Assembly (NCBI GenBank): GCA_963700285.1
Contig: CAVOXA010000007.1
Coordinates: 98,741 to 162,740 of the forward strand
Direction: 5' to 3'
Source of the DNA: an uncultured Chloroflexia bacterium
Lineage (GTDB): Bacteria > Chloroflexota > Anaerolineae > JAAYZQ01
Length of the DNA: 64,000 bases
Positions 50,325 through 58,960 of this stretch are shown here, one piece after another; position 1 is the first letter of the stretch, and each line of letters starts with the position of its first letter. Below the pieces are notes generated by a model. That model did no database searches. It worked only from the letters and a program-made list of their open reading frames with translations, and was not told where the DNA came from. The position numbers and the translations under genes are program-made.

Positions 50325-50343
50325 AATGCTCTTTGTCTTTCAC
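50316..50343. promoter_or_regulatory. dif-like 11-6-11 site overlapping the recombinase start codon
   Basis: Plus strand ATTTGACATAA-TGCTCT-TTGTCTTTCAC. Minus-strand arm TTATGTCAAAT is one mismatch from the E. coli XerD arm TTATGTTAAAT. Confidence 0.5.
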
Positions 50344-50580
50344 CCGATGGGCTGTTCGTGCCCGGCCATGGCTCTACGCCCGGGCTGTACGGCGGCAGTG
50401 TTGCGCATTGAAGGCTCAGCCTGCTACAGATAAAGCCAGACAGCGCCTATCGCGTGGCACTGCTGGGCCTGATCTACCAGCGGCTCAGGTGCGCTCTGGA
50501 CGGTATAGTAGGGGGAGCATCGGGCCGACGCTCCCAGGCCCCACGGAAGGGAACCGGCCCGCTTCCCCTTTGACTATTTT

Positions 50581-50608
50581 GCTTAGCACAACTGACATTG
50601 TCACAAGT
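50581..50608. promoter_or_regulatory. second dif-like 11-6-11 site near the predicted transcription start
   Basis: GCTTAGCACAA-CTGACA-TTGTCACAAGT, imperfect inverted arms. Confidence 0.45.
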
Positions 50609-50619
50609 ATCTTTCGGGC

Positions 50620-50648
50620 ATTGTACCACGATCTGGGGGCTGTGTCAA
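50620..50648 (-). promoter_or_regulatory. sigma70 promoter facing the recombinase gene
   Basis: Minus strand TTGACA-17 bp-TACAAT with TG extension. Confidence 0.75.
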
Positions 50649-50681
50649 GCCCCCTCGTGAGCTTGCTACGGCTGTTGCCAA

Positions 50682-50810
50682 GTCGTCATCGCGAGCGTCA
50701 GCGCCTGTCCCGCGCATGTCCTGAGTCCGCGAAGGGCCTGCCGAGGGAAAGCGATCTCCACTTGTGCCCTGGGGATTGCCACGGCGCAAACAGCGCGCCT
50801 ACTAATGACA
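50682..50810 (-). repeat. inverted copy of the composite repeat at 17361-17489
   Basis: Reverse complement aligns along nearly its whole length, including the nested insert. Confidence 0.85.
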
Positions 50811-50816
50811 CCGACC

Positions 50817-50938
50817 TGTCACTGCGAGGCCCGCCGTTTGGGCCGAGGCACCGCCACGAGGCCTCGCAGTGACAGTCTCCACTTGTGTAGTTGGGGATTG
50901 CTTCGCTCCGGCAAAAAGCGCCTCCGCTCGCAATGACG
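50817..50938. repeat. adjacent GTCA(C/T)TGCGAG...CTCGCAATGAC-type repeat with an internal extra hairpin
   Basis: TGTCACTGCGAGGC...GCCTCGCAGTGACA, then GGGGATTGCTTCGC...CTCGCAATGAC. Confidence 0.75.
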
Positions 50939-50962
50939 AGGTCAGGTGTCATTCCATCCTAC

Positions 50963-52165
50963 TCAGTCTACCCCATTGCCTTTCTGCTCGGCAAAGGCTC
51001 TCTTGGCTTCGTCCAGGTTGTCCGGATCGGCCAGCAGATCGAGCGCGGTCATGGCCAGCGCCTTGGCCGCGGCGATGAGGCCAGCGTGGCCGGCCTCGGA
51101 GGCCGATGCTTCGCGGAACTCGTTGGTGTGTCCTGGCAGGTCATCCGGCCCAATAGAGATGTAGGGGTGGATGGTGGGCAGGACCTGGCTGACGTTGCCA
51201 ATGTCCGACGAGCCCATGCGCTCGCCGCCGGTGGCGACCTGGACTTCCAGGCCCAGCGCTTCCAGGTTTTCCTTAAAGAGCGCGACCATCTTGGGGTTGG
51301 GCAGCCTGGCGTCGTAGCGTGGCCCGGTCTGTTTGAACTCCATGCGGGCGCCGGTGGCCAGCGCGGCGCCCTCGGCGCAGGCCCTCACCTTCTCCACAAC
51401 CTCCGCGGCGTAGGGCGTGTCGGCCGCGCGAACGATGAACTCGGCCGAGGTATAGTCGGGTACGATGTTGGCCGCGTCGCCGCCGTGGCGGATGATGCCA
51501 TGGATGCGTACGTCGTCCCGCACATGCTGGCGCAGGGCGTTGATGCCGCTGAACGTAAGCAACATCGCGTCCAGAGCATTGATGCCCACGTCCGGCGCAG
51601 CGGCTGCATGAGCCGCCTTGCCGTAGAACTCGATGCCCAGGGGATAGGCGGTCAGCGCCGTGCGCCCCAGCATGTTGACGTTCGAAGGATGGATCATCAT
51701 GGCTGCGTCTACATGCTCAAAGACACCCGCGTCGACCATGATTGCCTTGCCGCCACCACCCTCTTCCGCGGGTGTGCCGATCACCTGGATCGTCCCGGCC
51801 AGGGCAGGGAGCAGCGGCTGGAGGGCCAGGCCTGCCCCCACCGCTGCGGCAGCGATGATGTTGTGCCCGCAGGCGTGTCCCAGACCCCGTAGGGCATCAT
51901 ACTCGGCCAGGATGGCGATAACAGGTCCCCCCCCTGCGCCAACCTGGGTGCCAACAAAAGCTGTCTCCAGCCCGGCCACGCCCCGCTCGACAGCAAATCC
52001 GTTTTCCTCCAACACCCTGGTCAGCATCGCCGCTGACTCGTACTCCTCAAAACCCAGTTCTGGCGTAGCATGGATGGCGTCGGAGAGGCGGATCAACTCA
52101 GCCCGCCTGTTTTCTACCTCTGCGATAGCGCCTGCCTTCAGTTCCTGCATGTCACTCATGTTCAT
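50963..52165 (-). CDS. M20 amidohydrolase (ACY1L2/AbgB-like), paralog 2
   Basis: PELGFEE, AEYDAL, GHACGHN, GTPAEEGGGGK, GSSDIGNVS. Confidence 0.93.
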   Translation of the reverse strand: MNMSDMQELKAGAIAEVENRRAELIRLSDAIHATPELGFEEYESAAMLTRVLEENGFAVERGVAGLETAFVGTQVGAGGGPVIAILAEYDALRGLGHACGHNIIAAAAVGAGLALQPLLPALAGTIQVIGTPAEEGGGGKAIMVDAGVFEHVDAAMMIHPSNVNMLGRTALTAYPLGIEFYGKAAHAAAAPDVGINALDAMLLTFSGINALRQHVRDDVRIHGIIRHGGDAANIVPDYTSAEFIVRAADTPYAAEVVEKVRACAEGAALATGARMEFKQTGPRYDARLPNPKMVALFKENLEALGLEVQVATGGERMGSSDIGNVSQVLPTIHPYISIGPDDLPGHTNEFREASASEAGHAGLIAAAKALAMTALDLLADPDNLDEAKRAFAEQKGNGVD

Positions 52166-53355
52166 CCCTGCTCGGCTTTCTGCGCTTCGAAGGCGCGCTT
52201 GGCCTCGCTCACCTTGGCTGGATCGGCCAGCAGATCGATGCCCGTCATGGCCAGCATCTTGGCCGCTTTGATCATTCCCTCATGACCTGCCGGCGAGCCA
52301 GAAGCCACCTCAAACTCGGCCGTGTGCCCGCCGATCTCCTCGGGCCCTATGGCGATGTAGGGATGGACCGCCGGGACCACCTGGCTCACGTTCCCCATGT
52401 CGGTGGAGCCCATCCGTTCGTTGGGTTCCGGGGCTTCGACCTCGATGCCCAGGGCGGCCATGTTGGCCTCGATGATGGAGGCCAGCACGGGGCTGGGCAT
52501 CATGGCATCGTAGCGAGGCGCGTATTCGGTAAAGCTCAGGCGGGCGCCGGTGGCCAGCGCCGCGCCCTGGGCGCAGGCCCGCACCTTCTCGAACACCTCG
52601 GTGCAATAGGGGGTATCCGCAGCCCGCACGTAGAACCTGGCGGCCGCGTATTTTGGCACGATGTTGGGCGCGTCGCCGCCGTGGGTGATGACGCCGTGGA
52701 TGCGGGCGTCGTCGCGCACGTGCTGGCGCAGGGCGTTGATGCCGTTGTAGGTCAGGATCAGCGCTTCCAGGGCATTGATGCCCTCGTCCGGCCTGGCGCC
52801 GGCGTGGGCTGGCTTGCCGTAGAACTCGATAAAGATCTTGTAGCTGGCCAGCGAGCGCCGGCGCGTCATGTTGTGGTAGGAGGGATGGAACATCATCGCC
52901 GCATCGACCCCGGCAAAGACTCCCCGGTCAACCATGGTCCCTTTGCCTCCGCCCCCCTCCTCTGCCGGGGTGCCGATGACCTTCAGCGTGCCAGCCAAAT
53001 CGGGCAGGACCGCCTGGACCGCCAGTCCGGCTCCGACGGCGGCCGCGCCGATGAGGTTATGTCCACATGCATGGCCCAGGCCGGGCAGCGCGTCGTACTC
53101 GGCCAAAAAGGCCACCGTGGGCCCACCTCCCTGCCCTTCCATGGTGGCTACAAAGGCTGTGTCGAGGCCGGCTACCGCACGCTCGACGGCAAACCCGTTT
53201 TCCTCGAGCGTGCGGCTCAACAGCGCCGCAGACTCGTACTCTTCGAAGGCGATCTCGGGCTTGGCATGGATGGTGTCAGCCAACTGGATCAACTCCTCGC
53301 GCCGGGCGTCTATTTCGGCGATGACTCTTTGTCTCAATTGGTCTACGTTGCTCAT
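52162..53355 (-). CDS. M20 amidohydrolase (ACY1L2/AbgB-like), paralog 1
   Basis: PEIAFEE, AEYDAL, GHACGHN, GTPAEEGGGGK, GSTDMGNVS. Confidence 0.93.
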   Translation of the reverse strand: MSNVDQLRQRVIAEIDARREELIQLADTIHAKPEIAFEEYESAALLSRTLEENGFAVERAVAGLDTAFVATMEGQGGGPTVAFLAEYDALPGLGHACGHNLIGAAAVGAGLAVQAVLPDLAGTLKVIGTPAEEGGGGKGTMVDRGVFAGVDAAMMFHPSYHNMTRRRSLASYKIFIEFYGKPAHAGARPDEGINALEALILTYNGINALRQHVRDDARIHGVITHGGDAPNIVPKYAAARFYVRAADTPYCTEVFEKVRACAQGAALATGARLSFTEYAPRYDAMMPSPVLASIIEANMAALGIEVEAPEPNERMGSTDMGNVSQVVPAVHPYIAIGPEEIGGHTAEFEVASGSPAGHEGMIKAAKMLAMTGIDLLADPAKVSEAKRAFEAQKAEQG

Positions 53356-53364
53356 GGTCTTTTC

Positions 53365-54120
53365 CTATTCCTCCATAAAGTCTTCTAGAAACTCGACGGC
53401 CTTGACCAGCGCTGCCTCGATGATGGCCCGTCCCAACTCTTCGCTGGCCTGGGTCGCGTCTCCCAGTGCGCCGTTGGCCGTGATCTCGTCAAAGCGGTAG
53501 GCGTAGGCCAGGCTGTAGCCCTGGCCCAGGTTCCGGTACGGATAGCCCTTGAATTTTCCGGGCGCCAGCGCCTCGCGGCGTACCGTGTGCGGCGCCAGAA
53601 ACAGCGCCTGCGAGATCTCACCTTCGCAGGCATGTCCAGCGGGATCCGACAGCACCCGCTCTTTTATGACGTCGCGGCCCAGAGAGGTAAAGCTGGTCCA
53701 GGCAACCTTGACCCCCAGTTCTTGTCGCAGCTTGACGATGCTGACACCCAGCGAGGCACTGTTGCCGCCGTGCCCATTCAGGATCAGGAACCTCTCCAGC
53801 CCATGCTGGTGGAGGCTCCAGACCACGTCGTAGACGGCGGCCATAAAGGTCTCGGGCCGCAGGGTGATGGTCCCGGGAAAGTTCATGTGGTGGTACGATA
53901 CTCCCAGATTGATGGCCGGCGCCAGGATGGTGTCTGGGTAAGTCCGGGCCGCCAGCAGCTTGCCGAAGGCGTAGGCCCGTCCGGTGTCGACCTCAAAGGT
54001 GCCGTTTGGTCCGTGTTGTTCAAAGGATCCGACGGGCACCAGGGCCACCTTGGCCTGCGACAGCGCTTCCCTGGCCTCGGGCCAGGTCATTTCTGGTAGG
54101 ATGAAAGCTTGGTTCTCCAC
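53365..54120 (-). CDS. creatininase family amidohydrolase
   Basis: GTG start after AGGAGG. MTWPE, GSFEQHG, NGHGGN, GHACEGE. Confidence 0.9.
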   Translation of the reverse strand: MENQAFILPEMTWPEAREALSQAKVALVPVGSFEQHGPNGTFEVDTGRAYAFGKLLAARTYPDTILAPAINLGVSYHHMNFPGTITLRPETFMAAVYDVVWSLHQHGLERFLILNGHGGNSASLGVSIVKLRQELGVKVAWTSFTSLGRDVIKERVLSDPAGHACEGEISQALFLAPHTVRREALAPGKFKGYPYRNLGQGYSLAYAYRFDEITANGALGDATQASEELGRAIIEAALVKAVEFLEDFMEE

Positions 54121-54377
54121 TGTATTCCTCCTGCGTGGGATCGCGTGGACTGTGTCCCCGCACTTTGGGGATCGGGTCCACGCTGAGCTTGCCAGCCTGG
54201 CTTGTGCTGGACCATGTGGTCCGCCTAGGGCGGTTGTCTGGAATCTCAACGAAAAGGGCAAGCCAGGTGGCCTGCCCTCGTAACAGCGGGATCGCGGTAC
54301 GCTTGATGACCACATCGCGACCCACTCGCAGCGACAGCGTTGTCGACCACGTGCTTGCTTCTGGCGCTAACTCTGCA

Positions 54378-55322
54378 CTAGCCCTCTGCCTTGTACGGAT
54401 CCAAGGCATCCCGCAGTCCATCGCCGATAAAGTTGATGGCGATGACGGTGACAAAGATCATCAGTCCGGGAAAGATGGCCGTCCATGGGGCACGGGTCAT
54501 CTGATCCTGGGCGTTTTTGAGCATGTTGCCCCAGGTCGGCGTGGGCGGCTGGACGCCAAAGCCCAGGTAGCTCAGGCCCGACTCGGTGATGATAGAGGTC
54601 GCAACGCGGAAGGTGGCGGCCACGATGATAGGACTCAGGGCGTTGGGCAGCAGGTGGCGGCTCATGATGCGCCCGTTGGAGGCGCCCACGCAGCGCGATG
54701 CCTCGGTGAACTCTTTTTCCTTGAGCGACAGGAAGGAAGCCCGTACCAGGCGGGCTACCTGCATCCAGGCCAGCACGGCGATGACCAGCACGATGGTCAA
54801 CACGCTGGCAAAGGCTGTACCCTTCAGAGCCGGGATGGGAATGTCGCGTAGGGCCAGGGCCAGGATGATCAGGACAAAGAGTTGGGGAAAAGAGAGCATC
54901 ATGTCGGTGAAACGCATCGCCAGGTTGTCGATCCAACCCCCGTAAAAGCCGCCGACGCCGCCGATGATGGCCCCGACCGTCACGGCCAGCCCCATGGCCA
55001 GGATGCCGATGCTCAGGGAAACCCGGCCGCCGTAGAGAATGCGGGTCAACAGGTCGCGCCCCAGCTCGTCGGTACCCATAAAGTGCGTAAGCGAGGGCGG
55101 CTCCAGCCTGGAATCCAGATCGGTCTTTTCCGGGTCCCAGGGCGAAATGACGGGCGCGAGGATGGCGGCCAGGACCAAGATGAGAAGGATGGTGGCGCCG
55201 ACCATGGCCGGCTTGTGGCGCCGGAAAGAGCGCCAGACCATCTGGGTCATGGTCTGCTCTTGCCGATAGGCTGGCCCCATCGATAGATCAGCTATGGTCC
55301 TTGTATTCTCTGCTTCTGACAT
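54378..55322 (-). CDS. ABC permease, DppC/OppC type
   Basis: MGTDELGRD, HLLPN, GDGLRDALDP. Confidence 0.95.
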   Translation of the reverse strand: MSEAENTRTIADLSMGPAYRQEQTMTQMVWRSFRRHKPAMVGATILLILVLAAILAPVISPWDPEKTDLDSRLEPPSLTHFMGTDELGRDLLTRILYGGRVSLSIGILAMGLAVTVGAIIGGVGGFYGGWIDNLAMRFTDMMLSFPQLFVLIILALALRDIPIPALKGTAFASVLTIVLVIAVLAWMQVARLVRASFLSLKEKEFTEASRCVGASNGRIMSRHLLPNALSPIIVAATFRVATSIITESGLSYLGFGVQPPTPTWGNMLKNAQDQMTRAPWTAIFPGLMIFVTVIAINFIGDGLRDALDPYKAEG

Positions 55323-55362
55323 AGACTATCCTTCCAGACCTTCAGTCGCCGGTATGAGCATC

Positions 55363-56616
55363 TCAATCGAAGCGGATGCGGGGATCGAGAAAGGCATAGA
55401 GAATGTCGGCGACGATGTTAAAGGCGATGATGAGCATGGCCGTGATCATCAGGTAGCCCATCATGACCGCATAGTCGACACGCTGGGCCGAACGGAAGTA
55501 CAGCTTGCCCATCCCCGGCCAGCTAAAAATGGTCTCGGTGAAGAGCGCTCCGGCAAACAGGATGGGTAGTTCGAGGGCCATGATGGTCACGATGGGGATG
55601 GCCGCGTTTTTGATGGCGTGGCTCCAGATGACGGCCCGTTCCGCGAGACCCTTGGCGCGGGCCGTGCGGATATAGTCCTGATGGATCACCTCCAGCATGC
55701 TGGAGCGCGTGTAGCGCATGTACTGGGCCGCCCCAAAGACGGCCAACATGGTTACCGGCAGTATCAGATGCCAGATGCGGTCCCACAAGGGGACATAGCC
55801 CAGTTCTTGCTTGAGGCGCACATCGTACATGCCGCCGCCCGGGAAGAGGGGCTTGCCGGCCAGGGCCTCCGGGGCAAAATCAGGCCAGGTGAGCGTCGAG
55901 TGAAAGACGATGATCAGGATGAGGCCGAACCAAAAGATGGGGATCGACCGGCCTGCGTAGGCCAGGATGGTAAAGACGTGGTCCGTCGTTGAGTACTGCT
56001 TCAGGGCGGTGATGATGCCCAGGGGTATGCCGACCAACAGGGAACCAATGAAGGCCAAGCTCATTAGTTGGAGGGTGGCCGGGATGCGCTCCAGCATCAT
56101 CTCCAGGGCAGGACGGCGTTCGACGTTGGAGCGACCGAAGTCTCCCTGCAGCAGGGCAAAAAGCCACTTGAAGTAGCGGCTGTCTAAGGGGTTGACCTTG
56201 ATACGCAAGTTCGAGCGATAGGTCCAACCTGTGACGCGCGATGGGACGTCCAGTATCTTGACATAGACGCCCGTATCGTTCTTTTCTTCATCCACTACCG
56301 CCACCCGGGTACCGGCGCCGACCTGGCCCGTCTCCTTGGGCTCCGTCCCTCCTGCTTCCAACCCCGGCGGCTTGTTGTAAAGGACGGTATACTCGTTGAC
56401 GACGCCCGAACTCCCCCGAAAATTCAGAAAGGCCGGCTGCCGGAGCCCCAGTCGGTATTCCAGCATGGCCATGTCCTCGGGGGTGAGGTTCGGGTTGTCC
56501 TCATAGATGGCCAAAGGATCGACCGGGCTGATCATGATCAGCCCGTAGACGATGATGCTGATGAAAAACAGGGTCGGCACGGCCTGCAGAAGCCGGCGAA
56601 TGATGTACCGAGTCAT
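55363..56616 (-). CDS. ABC permease, DppB/OppB type, with ~80 aa insertion
   Basis: YIIRRLLQAVPTL, DYIRTARAKGL, DPRIRF. Extra segment between RLGL and RYFKWL. Confidence 0.92.
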   Translation of the reverse strand: MTRYIIRRLLQAVPTLFFISIIVYGLIMISPVDPLAIYEDNPNLTPEDMAMLEYRLGLRQPAFLNFRGSSGVVNEYTVLYNKPPGLEAGGTEPKETGQVGAGTRVAVVDEEKNDTGVYVKILDVPSRVTGWTYRSNLRIKVNPLDSRYFKWLFALLQGDFGRSNVERRPALEMMLERIPATLQLMSLAFIGSLLVGIPLGIITALKQYSTTDHVFTILAYAGRSIPIFWFGLILIIVFHSTLTWPDFAPEALAGKPLFPGGGMYDVRLKQELGYVPLWDRIWHLILPVTMLAVFGAAQYMRYTRSSMLEVIHQDYIRTARAKGLAERAVIWSHAIKNAAIPIVTIMALELPILFAGALFTETIFSWPGMGKLYFRSAQRVDYAVMMGYLMITAMLIIAFNIVADILYAFLDPRIRFD

Positions 56617-56706
56617 GCACGCTCCCTTCACAGTCCAGAGACGCTCTGGCTCAGATTCTCCCGGTTCCCCTCCGAAAGTGTCTGCTTGTCACCAGAATGA
56701 AACGGA

Positions 56707-56740
56707 GATTGGCGGGCTGCCCATGGGCAGCCCGCCAATC
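56707..56740. terminator. perfect 34-bp palindrome after the SBP gene
   Basis: GATTGGCGGGCTGCCCATGGGCAGCCCGCCAATC. Confidence 0.75.
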
Positions 56741-56759
56741 ATCTAGTCAGCTTGTGGAG

Positions 56760-58604
56760 TTACTTTTCGATATACCACTCTTCGGCGTTCCAGGAGCCGG
56801 TAGAGGTCCAGACATTGGCTTCGTAGCCCATAAAGTGATCGCGCATCAGGTCGATATCCGCGCGGTCATAGAGGTAGATATGCGGGCGCCCCTCGGCAAT
56901 CAGCTCAGACCCTTTCTGGTAGGCCTCCTTGCGGACTGTCAGGTCAGGGCTGGAACCGGCGATGGCCATTTGCGCATCAAACTCCTCGCTGATCCAGCGA
57001 GAATAGTTAAAGCCCCCGCCCGCGTTGTCTTCACAGGGAGAGTTGTAGGAAGCATAGTAACCGTCCATCTGGCTGTGTGGATCGGTACCATACGAGGTCG
57101 TGTACATCAGGATGTCAAACTGACCGTGCTTGCGGAAGGCGCCGCTGGAGAAGCTGCCGAACAGCTCCGCACTGGGCACGTTCTCGATGAACATCTCGAT
57201 GCCGATGTCGGCCATCATCTCCAAGATCACCTGCTCGGCCTGCTCGCGCAGGGAGTTGCCCGACGTGGTCTGGAGCTTGAGCTTCAGAACCGTTCCATCG
57301 TCGGCGGTGGCGCAGCCATTGCACTCGCGGACGCCATCGCCATCGCTGTCGGTCCAGCCCGCTTCCTCCAGCAGGGCCATGGCCTTCTCCGGGTTGAACT
57401 CGCTCTCCGGGATATCGGGTGCGCCCCAGCCCAGGTTCATCTCTGTGGTACCGACCGTCGCCAGGCCGAAAAGCAGCTTGTCGACGATGGTTTGCTTGTC
57501 GATGCCCAGTTCGATGGCCTCCCGAACTTTTGGATCCCCCAGAGCCCAGTGCGGGGAGGGGTTCTCCATCAGCCACTCGGCGCAGGGGGCGTCCAGTTCC
57601 GGATCGACCAGGTTGAGTAGGAGTCGCTCCGTTCCGGTGCTGGGCGGCATGCTGACCTTTACGCCCTCCCACGTCTCAGCCTCCGGGATGTCCGCCTCGA
57701 TCAGGTCCCATACAAAGTCGAGTTCGCCGGTCTGGATGAGCTGCTTGCCCACCTCGCGGCTCTCGATCCAGCGCATGATGATCGTGTCGACGTAGGGTTT
57801 GCCCTCCGTCTCCCACAACCAGTAGTTCTCGTTGCGAACCAGGGTCATGCTGTCCCCCGAGATCCATTCCTGCAGCTTGTAGGGCCCCAGGCTCAGCGGC
57901 TGGCGATTGAGCTCCCATTCCTGCATCTTGGCCGGGTCCAGGCCGAGGTGGCTGGGAAGTATGTCGTCGTCGAACATCATCAGGTAGGGCGCATAGAACT
58001 CGGAGTACTTGACCACGACCGTCATGTCGTTGTCTTCGCAGGTGACTGATTCCATGACCTCATAGCCAGTGGTGCTCACCGCGCCACTCTCGGGGTGCGT
58101 GACCGATTCCCAGCCAAATACCACGTCCTGGCAATCAAAGGGGTCGCCATCCTCCCAGAGGATGCCCTCTTTCAGCTCGTACTTGACGGTCAAGCCGTCC
58201 TCTGAGACGAGGCCGTTCTGCACGCTGGGCACTTCTTTGGCCAGCTCGGCACGGTACTGGCCGTCGGGCCCAGCCACTACGAGCCCGCTCTCGAAAAAGT
58301 CTCCGGCCCAGCTTGCTACCGTCTGGGTGCGGATGAGCGAGTTCAGCAGTTCCGGCTCCTGGTAAAAGCCCAGGACCAGGGTGCCGCCCTGCATGTCGGC
58401 GCCGGGCATGGGGGCCTCCGTCGGCGGGGGATCGGTTGGTGCGGGTGCTTCGGTCGCCGCGGGCGCCTCGGTTGGCGCTGCTGCTTCTGCTTTCGTGGGT
58501 TCTGGGGCAGGCGCTTCCGGCTCTGTGGCCCCGCCACAGGCGGCCAACATGCCGGCCACCAGGACCAGGATCAAGAATAGGCTCAATACGCGCTTCTCAG
58601 ACAT
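56760..58604 (-). CDS. peptide-type ABC substrate-binding lipoprotein
   Basis: LAACG lipobox, P/T/E/A linker, LKEGILWEDGDPF, VREAIELGID, LLEEAGW.DSDGDGVRE. Confidence 0.93.
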   Translation of the reverse strand: MSEKRVLSLFLILVLVAGMLAACGGATEPEAPAPEPTKAEAAAPTEAPAATEAPAPTDPPPTEAPMPGADMQGGTLVLGFYQEPELLNSLIRTQTVASWAGDFFESGLVVAGPDGQYRAELAKEVPSVQNGLVSEDGLTVKYELKEGILWEDGDPFDCQDVVFGWESVTHPESGAVSTTGYEVMESVTCEDNDMTVVVKYSEFYAPYLMMFDDDILPSHLGLDPAKMQEWELNRQPLSLGPYKLQEWISGDSMTLVRNENYWLWETEGKPYVDTIIMRWIESREVGKQLIQTGELDFVWDLIEADIPEAETWEGVKVSMPPSTGTERLLLNLVDPELDAPCAEWLMENPSPHWALGDPKVREAIELGIDKQTIVDKLLFGLATVGTTEMNLGWGAPDIPESEFNPEKAMALLEEAGWTDSDGDGVRECNGCATADDGTVLKLKLQTTSGNSLREQAEQVILEMMADIGIEMFIENVPSAELFGSFSSGAFRKHGQFDILMYTTSYGTDPHSQMDGYYASYNSPCEDNAGGGFNYSRWISEEFDAQMAIAGSSPDLTVRKEAYQKGSELIAEGRPHIYLYDRADIDLMRDHFMGYEANVWTSTGSWNAEEWYIEK

Positions 58605-58828
58605 TGCTTCTTCCTCCTTTGGGGTGTCTCAAACGACCGTGTAATCGAACCGAACCAGCCAACAACAGCTTGCCTCAAAGAAATGGTTCACCTCCTCTCT
58701 ATGCCACCTGCAATCACAGTTTGTACTAGGGAAAAGCCATCATGGGTCCTGGGAGCGACCTAACGTAGCCAAGTCTTGCATAGTACCCAGATTTCCGAAT
58801 TCGTGTGGGCCAGTGGAACACGCTGACC

Positions 58829-58857
58829 AGTATACCAAAGGATCGCCGTCCTGTCAA
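58829..58857 (-). promoter_or_regulatory. sigma70 promoter of the second ABC operon
   Basis: Minus strand TTGACA-17 bp-TATACT with TG extension. Confidence 0.8.
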
Positions 58858-58960
58858 GTCGGCGCTTCAGGCCTTTTATGTCCGTTGTCGCCCATTTGCG
58901 GATGGCCCTCGAGTCCCCGGCCCCAAAGCGGTTCTCGCCCAGGGGCGCAGCTTGAGCCAG

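Noticed and set aside
50344-50580. Known riboswitch in the recombinase leader (also checked 58605-58820)
   Set aside because: Only generic GC-rich hairpins are visible and no aptamer consensus was recognised. An Rfam scan would be needed to settle it.
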